This document shows, one piece after another, positions 22,101 through 32,000 of a DNA stretch of 32,000 nt. Made by a program: the position numbers and the translations under genes. A model generated the notes under the pieces. That model was given only the letters and a program-made list of their open reading frames with translations, had not been told where the DNA came from and searched no databases. Numbering within the stretch: position 1 is the first letter of the stretch; every line of letters begins with the position of its first letter. Source of the DNA: Wallemia ichthyophaga EXF-994 (taxonomy: Eukaryota; Fungi; Basidiomycota); NCBI RefSeq assembly GCF_000400465.1, contig NW_008806279.1, positions 266,107-298,106 of the forward strand, given 5' to 3'.

Positions 22101-25100
22101 ACAGATTAGCTACCTTAACACCACTTATCAAATCTTTATTAGAGTCGCAAGCAACTGATTCAGAGATAAAGCTTGTCAAGAATACTGAAGTTGAAGATAA
22201 GGATAAGTTTGTTGATGGTGTCTTCTCATCATTCAGCAGAAGCGCTTCCAAGTCTTTACTAAATGAAAACGACGAGATTTACACTCTCTTCAAAAAATCT
22301 CTCCAGAATGTCGAATACACTCCTTACGTCCTCAGATGTATGCAAGGCGGTGTCTTTGGTGTACTAGATGGCAATATGAAGATGGAAGTGTCAAAGCTGT
22401 TAATGGAGATTATCGAGGGACCAGAGATCCGTCTTGCGCAAATCACAAGCGACGCGCTCAAAGGCATCGCACTTGATGAAGTCACGTACACCTCTCTTCT
22501 GCAATTGACCAGAACAGAGCTTGGTGGTGCATCAGAGGCTGAGCCACCTACATCTAAGCGCTCTCGTACTGATAAGTGAGTATCGAGATGAATGTTGGTA
22601 AAACAACTAACTGCATGTCCAGGACGCCAAGTGAACCATCTCAAAACCGTCTTCTTACTCGCTTGACCAGCATCTTTGACTGGGTTGGCGCATTGTCAGC
22701 TGAGCTTTCACCTCAGCCATCCGCAGAAGCACTTATCTCTACGTTCGAAACGTTGGCTCAGGTTACAGAAATACACGCTACTGTTGCTGGATGGAGTGAC
22801 AATAGCGAGGTCGACTACGTTGAACAAATGTGCTTGAGTCAATTGAAAGATTGGAGTGAGTCTATTGAAGACTGGTCCAACCTCTCTCAAGCTATCCGTA
22901 TTGACACTGTTGTCAACGTTATTAGAGGTGTGTACTATAATAGATTGTATAACCCTGCAATACTAACTTTTTTACAGTCTCCAAGAACCCTCAAACTTTC
23001 CAACAAGCTTTACTGCTCATTTCAACCCTCGCAAAGTTGGCACCAGACAATGTTTTACACAACGTTATGCCAATCTTCACCTTCATGGGTGCAAACATCC
23101 TTCAACGCGATGATAGCTTCTCGTTTAACGTTGTGCAAAAGACCATTGAAGGTGTGGTGCCAGTTGTGGTTGATTCTCTCAAAAACCAAGCTAAGGATCA
23201 AGAATCACTTATGAAGGCTTCTAAACCGTTCTTAATGACATTCACTGACGCATCAAACCATATACCAAAGCACAGAAGATTGTTGCTGTTCAGCTTCCTC
23301 GTTGAGGTGCTCGATCCTATTAAATACTTATCAACAATATTGATGCTGCTTGTTGATAAGGCTGCAAACAAGGTAGTTAAATCGTCTGGAGATAGGCAAG
23401 CACCAATCATCCTTCCTTTGGGTATTGTCACTGCGTTTGGTCCTCAAGAACAATTGACTTCTTTGGAGAGAATCGTCAGTGAGGTTTCAGCATTCAGCAA
23501 GCGTCTCAGTGGTGCTCCAAAGCAAAATATCTTTTTAGAAAGACCTCCTGATGAGAAAACGAAAGATCAGAACTCCTTATGGAAGCGCCAATCACTCGCC
23601 CTGTTATTCTTTGTTGAACAAGCATTTCAAATCACTAAGATCAAAATGGGTGTAATCAAGTCAATCTCTAATGACAAAGTTATCGAGAGTAAGCTTATGT
23701 CCATCATTAACCAACTCCTCTTGCTTGGCTCAGAGGAGACGAGCAACGATGATCTCAACAGAGTTGCAAAGACTACGCTTGTTGAAGTTCTGAACGTCAT
23801 TCCAGTAACTTCATTTGCAAAAATTGTTAAGGAATTACTTGATGCTTCAAATGAGAATGTCCGTCTGGGTGCTCTTCAAGTGCTCAGCATCAGATTGAAG
23901 GGTGTCAAAGATACACACAGAGAACAAGTATCAGATGCTGTTATTTCAGCTGCTCAGCTCGCTCTCAACCTCCTTAAATCCGACAATGCTAGATTAGTAG
24001 ACAAGGAGTTGGCTTTGGGAGCGCTCAAGACTATTGCAGACTCAGCTGTAAATGGTGAACTGTCAATTTTGTCTAAATCTGTATCCTCAGTGTTGGACTT
24101 TGCAAACAAATCGGAGAACCCACTGGCTGCTTTCTTGCTGCTCGAGTCACTCACACCAAAATTACAGACAAGAATGATTCCACAACTTAAGCAAATTGTT
24201 CAAGTGTCCAAGAAGGCTGTAGAGGATGACCGCAGCGGTGATGGTGCACTAAACTGTATCAGAAGCGTTGTGAACAATTTGCCTACATTCGTGGGTGCAT
24301 ATCTGCAAGATATCTTTCGTATAGTCTTCAACAAGTCTGTTATTGAGAGATATACTGAAGAAATTCAGACTCTGCTCAATGCACTCAGCCGTAAAGTTCC
24401 AAGCAAGGATCTCATCAACGTCTTGAAGAATGAGTGGGATAATGTCATTCAGACATCCAGTCAGGACGCAGTCGAGGCTTTCCTCTACCTCTTCAAGCGT
24501 GGTCTTCACTCGGCCGACAGAAGCTACATTATGGATAACCATAAGAAGCTTTTCAAAATGTTCTTGGAGGTCTTCGACATTAGAACTATTGCAAAAGAGA
24601 AGAACATGGATGTTGTGCTTGTTGAGGATTCAGCTATTGAAGCATTCGCTGAGATGGTTGTTAAGATCAATGAGTCTACGTTCAGACCTGTCTTTAAGCG
24701 TCTTTACGATTGGGCTGTTATTGATCTTGCTGAAGATGCAACAAAGAAGGATGCTTTCGACGCTCGTCGCATCACCTTTTACCGCATCTACAACTCTCTT
24801 CTCGACAGCCTGAAGGTGAGTCTGACACAATACAACCAAAACATTCTAATGAATTTGAACAGGCAATTATTGCGCCATACACAGCTATTTCTTATGATCA
24901 CACTTTGTTTTTGTTGGATGAATCTGCCAGCAAATTGTCAGTATCATCAGCAACTTTATGGGAAGCTGCTATCGATATGGTTGCAAAGTCAGTCAAGATG
25001 GATAGAGGTACATTCTGGACCGAAGAGCGTATTGTTAAGGTTTCAGACAAGTTGGTTGCTCAAATCAAAATACAGCCATCGATGACCAAGGCTGGGGCAC

Positions 25101-25420
25101 GCGGAGACGTAGCGTCGAACGCAGTTGTAGAGGCAGCGAACGCATCAAGAACCGATTCAAGTCTTCGAAAAGTTAACGGCGGTGTTTTGCTCAACATGAG
25201 AGATGAAAGCGCGCTCGTCAAGGTAGTAGCATTGGAAACAGCTCAGGCGTTGTGGAAAGCCATTCCTGACAGAATGATTGGATTTATTGCAGAGACGGTA
25301 TCCTCATTCATTACTGAATGCCTTGAAGACAGTGATGAAAGAGTTATCAACAACGCTAAGAAATTGCTCAAACAAATCGAAGGAGAAACTGGAGAATCAC
25401 TCGAATCTTACTTGGTTTAA
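19118..25420 (+). CDS. UTP10: U3 snoRNA-associated protein 10 (HEATR1/BAP28), 2019 aa
   Basis: join(19118..19479,19529..20143,20194..22575,22623..22927,22978..24815,24863..25420) gives one frame. MSSLQDQIAQL start, KVLEWLIRKFRVHEFN, LAPDNVLHNVMPIFTFMG, DASNHIPKHRRL and KINESTFRPVFKRLYDWA (BP28CT) motifs. Confidence 0.95.
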
Positions 25421-25464
25421 ATTGTAATTCAAAGGATTATATTTATATTTTGTCAACTTCCGTC

Positions 25465-27891
25465 ATGGGCTCGTATCAGCTATTGGACAAACTAAAATTC
25501 CAACATGGGCTACGGCTTAATAGGGACAGTATATGTCCTAGAATGGATCTGCTGCTCATGTACAATAAGCAGTCGACCAAGCTGTACCGAGTAAACGGCT
25601 CTCTGATCTGGGAGAGAGATCTGGCGATCCAGCAATTCAAATGGAATTTTGACGGTAAATTCATTGTGGCTGTGGACAAAAATGATAGTGTACACGTACT
25701 AGATGTCACGGATGGCAGCACAGTACACCACTTCAGCTGTGAAGAGGGATGCAGCGTAGACGCGTTTAAAGTCGAAAAACCTAAACGTGATGGCACAAAC
25801 TTTGATTACCTTCCCACCTTAGGCGCATTGCCAGACGTCAGTAAATCAATCAATCAATTCCTGCCATTCAGATTACCAAAGAATGACAAAAACGACGGCG
25901 ATTATATCCAAAAACTAACAAAAAGTGGCTTTCCAGCTGTCCCCATTGAGTCTTCAAGTGTTGCTATACATGTTCGCGAGGAATCCCTGCTCGACAGCTC
26001 TAGTTCGGTTGTCGCTTGTAGGTACGACGATTTTCTCCAGTTATATTTACAAGGCACGCTTCAATTACCTCGAATACCTCTGCCCAACGCCTCACCATAC
26101 GACAGTCTAATCATAACACCTCAATTGGATGTATATACGCTCACTCATTACGGAAGAATCATTATACCACGCGATATACATCATTTAGGTTGTCTATCTA
26201 GCCAAATGTCAATCACTCTTAGCTACGCATTTGAAGGTATCTTGCGTCTCACCAAACTGTATGCTGATAACGGTGGTCCTCGTTCTGAATCGATCAAATG
26301 GCACGACAAGATACATGAATTTGTGAAGCCTCACTGTAAGCTAACTTTTAAAAATAGCTTTGACTATTCTTAACTCTCATTACAGCAACAGACACGCCTG
26401 AACTGGCTCTCATTCAATTGCTGCTCATGGGTACAACAAGTAAAGGACTGAGAGAATTCATTGGCGAAAACTTGACAGACAGAACACTAGAAAAGTGGAC
26501 AACGACAGTTTCATCATCATTGCATCAAATGCAGTCTTTAATACTATACCACATTGTGCCGTCATTAGAAAGGACCTTGATAATATTCGAAGAGTTACAA
26601 GTCACTTCTTTAACGTAAGTGTATGTTTGACGTCGTAGATATTTGCTTACACTCGCTCAAGTCCTGGTAATTACCAAGGAATTCCAATAGACGAACCGAT
26701 CCTTAGGCAGATTATCAGCACAACGACTAAATTAACAAGTAGGATATGGGAGCTTACCACGACAATATCTAAAAAAGTCATTGACTTTAATGAATTTGCC
26801 AAGTTTCTCAAATATCAAATGTCAAAATACGCGTACTTCAATCAAGAGGAGATTGATGAAGTCGTCAGTATGCCAAAGCCTGACTTTGATATTATGGCAG
26901 TCATTCAATACCTTCAATCAGGCTTTGCCATGACCGAGATAGACGACTTTCTGATCAAGAATGACTACCTTGTGCCTTGTGATAAGGACAGCGATGAACA
27001 TGTTGATATGGATACAGTACTGGGTAAAGCCCAAAAGAATTTGAAAGAGGCCAACAAGCTCATAGAAGGAAGGGAAAGTAATGACAGACGTGTTTCTGGT
27101 TCAGGTTTACCTATAAGAGGTCGTCACAGCCAAGGAAGAGCCTCTGAGATACCTCGGACGTCGAGTTTGCAGGCTGACGTCATGTCAACAACAACTTGGA
27201 TAGTGAACAATCTGAAATCACTAATGCAAGGCGCAGTAGATAATTGCGATGTCAAATTGGATTTACAGATGCGAGCTAGGATGCCATCTCTTGAAAATGT
27301 GCAAACATTCAGAGAGAACGTCATACAGGTGGGTCTTGAGTGTCACTTAAGAGATATTTTTGACAAAAGATTATCAGACGGAGGAAGGGGCAGTGTATCA
27401 CAACATTGCATACTCATATCATCTTACAGACGAACAGAACGATTCAGAAAGTGAGTGAGTTGTGAAAGATATGATTTTTGCTAAAATTTTCAGTCATTTT
27501 GCTTAAGACAGCTCTCGAAAAGGACTCAAAATGGCAAATGCAACGGTTACATCTTCCTACAACTCGTGTAGTTGATTATGGATACTTTGATGGAGAGACA
27601 CTCATTGTCCTAGTGTTTGATAGGGATAACGATGAGCATATACTGGCCAGTGTTCCGTACCATGATCTTGCATACGACGGCAGCAGAATAATAGCACCTT
27701 TGGACAAGCAAAGAACGCTTTCAAAATCTGATGAACCGATTAACGAGCTGGCTTTAAATGGACTTCCTGGTCGTAGAATAGCTGCTTTGTCAACCAACGC
27801 CGGTTATGGCTGTCTAGTCTTTGATATGGACGGTGATGATATGGAGTCGGATGAAGAGAAAGGAGATGAAGATGAAGATATGGAGGAATAA
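25465..27891 (+). CDS. APC4: Anaphase-promoting complex subunit 4, 745 aa
   Basis: join(25465..26335,26386..26614,26662..27328,27378..27450,27494..27891) gives one frame. N-terminal ICPRMDLL...LYRVNG..IW...WNFDGKFI (ANAPC4 WD40 start), helical LIQLLLMG/FNEFAKFLKY region and an acidic tail. The family call is from motif recall. Confidence 0.8.
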
Positions 27892-27973
27892 ATTATCTTG
27901 TACTATTAATTTATTGCACAATTTACCTCATTTCATTCCTCACTGAGGACGTCCATGATCGGATAAAGTCGAA

Positions 27974-30236
27974 ATGCGAGACTTTTACGACGAAAAGACG
28001 CAGGATGTGTACCGCAACACGCAACCACCTACATCACTATCGAGACATTCCACGCAATCTAGTTTAGGTGTTGGTAGGCAGCTTGTCGAAGGTGTGCTCA
28101 ATTTGCTGGGGCACTCAGACTCGGACGACAGCGACAACTCAGGATCTTCAGACTCCTCAAATTTCTCATTTCCACGTAGAAAGCGCAAGCGCTCTCGGGC
28201 TCGCAAACTCTCTGTATCCTCTGATTCAAGCGACAGTTCAAACTCATCAACCTTATCTCCAAGAAGATCAATTTCTATTTTGAGCAGACAGAAATCGAAA
28301 AAGTTGAAAAAGAGGTCAAGGCGATCAAGGCTCAGAGAACCTGATTTCAGTCAGGATTTCATGCTGATTAGCCTTAAGAGTCTCCACAAGCCAGTCATCG
28401 AGAGGCACACAAAGCTGTCACCCATCTATCGTTCAATTGAATCTACATGTGGTTCAAAATCTAGCGGCGACAACGGCGTATGGTGGCTCGACATTAAGTC
28501 TCCCACGTGGGATGACATGCGTTCACTGACTAAGGTTTGTGATTATAGCGAGAGATATATGTCAGACTCACATTCTGCAGATATTTCCACTACATCCACT
28601 CACTCAAGAAGATATTTTGCAGCAAGATACCCGCGAGAAGTTGGAAACGTTCTCCGGATTGGGATACACCTTGATTGTTTTCAGAGGTGTAGATGAGCGT
28701 TACTTCAGACTCTCTGATCCCTCTCCGGGGCAAACACGAAAGGCAGATGATTCCGTCGAGCACCCTTCCCCAGACTTACTTTCAGACGATACTGTTCATG
28801 ACAATATTGCAAAAAAGCGCATGCGAATCGTGGAGGGTGTAGGTGGTAAGGAGGGCGTTGAGGGTGTCGGCGTTGGTGGTATCAACGTATACTTACTTAT
28901 TTTCGAAAAGGGCGTCATATCATTCCATTTCGATAACATTGCTACACACACAGACCGTGTAATTAGACGCATGTTTGCTGAGAACTCAGATATATCGTTG
29001 ATAGCACCTGAGTGGATAGCTCATGGACTGCTAGACTCTTTGGTGGACGCTTTCTTACCTTTTATTGAGTATGTTGAAAGGGAGACAGAAGAGATTGACG
29101 ATCTCGTTGTTGACCCACGTGGTCTAGCGAAGAAGAGAAGCAAAGCTCCAATACATGAGGAGAAAAAATCAGAGGATACGTACGTTAATTCTGAAAAGGA
29201 AAAAGATAAGTACGACCAGTCACCTGATTCAATGTCATATACGAAGAAATTTGAGCTACCGCTACCACCAACAACTCCTAAACGTTCCCAGACCAAGATG
29301 GGTCCGTTAGCGCCCTTGCTTGGCGGTATCATGGATGGATCACAGCTGTCAGAATGGCGCGAGAAGAGGAATACTAGGAAGGTAGAGCGTGAAAGACAGA
29401 CTAAAATTGCGCGGTATAGCGCCGATAATAGTCTTTCAAAAAGTGTCGTGATAGATGTACCACCACCTTCACAACCGGAACAGCTTTCAACAAAAAAGTC
29501 CGAGAAGAAACAGACTGAGGAGGGAATTTTGGCGAAAATCCGCAAGCTTTTTTCCGTCGAAAATTATGCAGGAAAAGGCCCAAAATCTTTGATACCAAAA
29601 GAGATTACTTTCTTGTCATTTTTCCCTACTTCTCAATCTTACCTCTTGCAACGCACAACAGATACCCGTAGACTTGTTACAGGATTGGGTAGGTTATTGA
29701 GCTCAAAATCTGATGTAATTAGGCAACTGAGAGCGAGAATGGTGGAAAAACGCAAGAATATTAAAAACCCGTACCAATCAGAAGCATTAAGAGACATGAT
29801 AGTACATTTTGGTGATATTGAGGATCACGTAGTTTCATCAACTCAGGCATTGATGCACGATGAACGTGTTATTAGCTCGTTGCATCTGGCTTACCTAGCT
29901 CAATTGAAACTTGGACACGCCGTTTCCAAGAGTGGATCAGACAATACTATTCTCGTACTGTCTGTTATCACTGTCTGTTCTTTACCAATGATGGTTATCA
30001 CCCAAGCGTTTAGTATGAACGTTACTCAACCTAGGAATGGTGTACCCGTTGACCCAACTGATAACGGGCCACCACTGCTCAATCCAGATGGAAGTGAACC
30101 TAAACTTGTAGCATTTGGACTGGTAGTTGTAGGATTGGTTTGCGTGTTCTGGTTTATTGCTTTGCTTGTCTGGTATTGGATCATACAAGCGAGAAAGCAA
30201 GGTAACGATCGTCGCCGTAGACGTATTGGAGAGTAA
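27974..30236 (+). CDS. CorA/Alr1/Mnr2-family divalent-cation transporter, 738 aa, with SMN in place of GMN
   Basis: join(27974..28534,28581..30236). WWLDIKSPTWDDM..L..IFPLHPLTQEDI.QQDTREKLE, EWIAHGLLDSLVDAF, and two C-terminal TM helices flanking AFSMNV. Confidence 0.88.
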
Positions 30237-30358
30237 ATAGCTTTAACTTTTATCTATTTCCATGGATTGGATATTGCATTATACTAGATCAACAGCTTGG
30301 AAATAGATATGCTAAACAGACAAACAAATCATAATAATAAATAAAACTCTTACAATAA

Positions 30359-31833
30359 TTAAACTATTTCGTTGACTCTAGCAAGACCTTCCTGATCAAA
30401 GTGCTGAGGAACACTTTCACTAGAATTTTGCCTTTGGAAACGTTTCTTCTTTTCTCTCTCTACAGCCATCGAGGCTTGCATTTTGTGACCAGGAGGATTG
30501 GTTGGATTGTAGTCGAGATGAACAAAGCCGCGTTCTATGCCTTCTAAAGATTCGATTACATACTGAATAGTTTCACCCCAATCGTGAGCAACAGGTAGAG
30601 AAACACTCGGTGGGAGAACTACGTCAACTTCAACTATGACATTGTCACCAACGTGATAGCATTCAATGTAGCTGACAGATTGCACAGGAGTGAAACGTGT
30701 GACACAGTAAAGAACTTTTGAGAGTTCCACTGGATCTGCAACCCTACCACTAAGTCTGCTGAAATTATCAATGAGAGTTCCTGTCCACTCAATGATAATC
30801 TAGTATTGTTAGCATGATGACGAAATGTTCTGGTTGTACAATTCAACTCACATATAATGAGAGAATAATACCACCGATTGGATCGAGTTGGGGTATATTT
30901 AACACTTGACCCATGTAAGGAAAACTAAGAGAAATAATGTTAAAGACAACATCGTTCAAGCTGTCTTGAGCTATGGCTTGTACGCCGGAGGATTTAATCT
31001 TGAAGCAGAAAACCCAGATGAAGGCTTTAACAATGACGGTGATCACCATGCTGAGTATACCAGCAAGAGGAAGCAAAGTAGTTATGGGTATGTGTTGTAG
31101 TCTGGATATAGACTCGAACAGGACTTGAAGGAAAGAGCCAATCATGAACACACTGAAAATGATAACGCCAAGTGGTTCGAAACGCTGCTTTCCAACAGGG
31201 TACTTAAATCTAGTACTGTCATCCCTATGACCTGCACAAAGAGTTGTACCGTATATGATCAAACTTGATAACAAGTCAAGTACGGATTCCACCAATGACG
31301 CAAATAATGAGACACTGTCAGAAAGGAGGACAGCGGCACCTTTCGCACCAAGTAGGAGGATGTTAATGATTAAATTAACTTTATCGTATTAGAATAGGTG
31401 GCTAAATCGGTATCACTCACCGTTCAAAACGACATTCACGGTTTTATTGTGGTTCTTCTCATTTTGTTCACTGGGGAAGTGCAGTAAAGGAGTCTGCTCA
31501 TCACCAGCTGCTATACCGCGCAGTCTAGCCAGTACATCGTGTGGGTAGCTCGACTCAAGTAAGTCATCGACAGAAGCGTAAGCATCGAGAATTTCATTTT
31601 GTTTTTGATAAAAACTTTTTATCTGATGTGTAACAGTTATATAATTATCACGATAATGGCACTAGACTGACTTTCTTGGGCATTTTCTTCAGATCGCGTT
31701 CGGACTTTCTAGCGAACTCAAACTGACGAAGGATGGGAGAAATGATTCTGTGTACATTATGGACATTGTGCTGATGAACAGTTCTACGCCGCTCAGAAAA
31801 TGGTGACGAAGGCCTTGAACTTGACCTGGACAT
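30359..31833 (-). CDS. Cation diffusion facilitator (CDF), Mn-CDF/MTP8-11-like group, 443 aa
   Basis: complement(join(30359..30799,30852..31378,31421..31622,31672..31833)). FYQKQNEIL, ASLVESVLDLLS, YPVGKQRFEPLG, AQDSLNDVVFN, AHDWGETIQYVIE and ERGFVHLDY motifs. Confidence 0.9.
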
Positions 31834-32000
31834 TGATGGACAGGAGAAACAAGATTAATTTCACTTTTGGAACCAAAAATTTACACTGAAAGAATCTGAT
31901 AGAGATTTAAACGAGTGGTAGTAGCCAGGTGGTATGTACACAGCATCGCCTGGATTCAATACACCGCTTTCAACTTGAATTGGGAGATGCGCATTGGGCA

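Noticed and set aside
2744-31833. A functional biosynthetic or defence gene cluster
   Set aside because: The genes belong to unrelated housekeeping pathways (ubiquinone, splicing, NAD salvage, replication, Mediator, ribosome biogenesis, APC/C). No backbone enzyme or shared pathway links them, so proximity is best explained by genome compaction.

Overview
This is eukaryotic DNA from a very compact, intron-rich fungal genome. All 40 introns I modelled are GT-AG and 42-61 nt long. The gene content looks basidiomycete; a Wallemia-like organism is my inference from the compactness, intron size and acidic class I hydrophobin, and it is not verified. Fifteen protein-coding genes can be spliced by hand into intact frames: an expansin-like DPBB protein (3' part), a hydrophobin, COQ2, PRP5/DDX46, an Sfp1-like zinc-finger factor, nicotinamide riboside kinase, a GMC (AA3_2-like) oxidoreductase, an amino-acid permease, primase large subunit, MED7, NIF3, UTP10, APC4, a CorA-family transporter and a CDF transporter. 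I saw no tRNA/rRNA gene, CRISPR array or recognisable transposon ORF, and no clearly new multi-gene system. Four observations stand out. (i) A cluster of MCB (ACGCGT) cell-cycle boxes sits inside intron 1 of the primase gene. (ii) Two head-to-head gene pairs have only 36 and 64 bp between start codons, and three tandem genes are separated by 44 and 82 bp. (iii) A CpG-depleted, apparently decayed ~1.6 kb block lies between the two secreted-protein genes. (iv) The adjacent CorA and CDF transporters carry non-canonical metal-site motifs (SMN and ExxxD).
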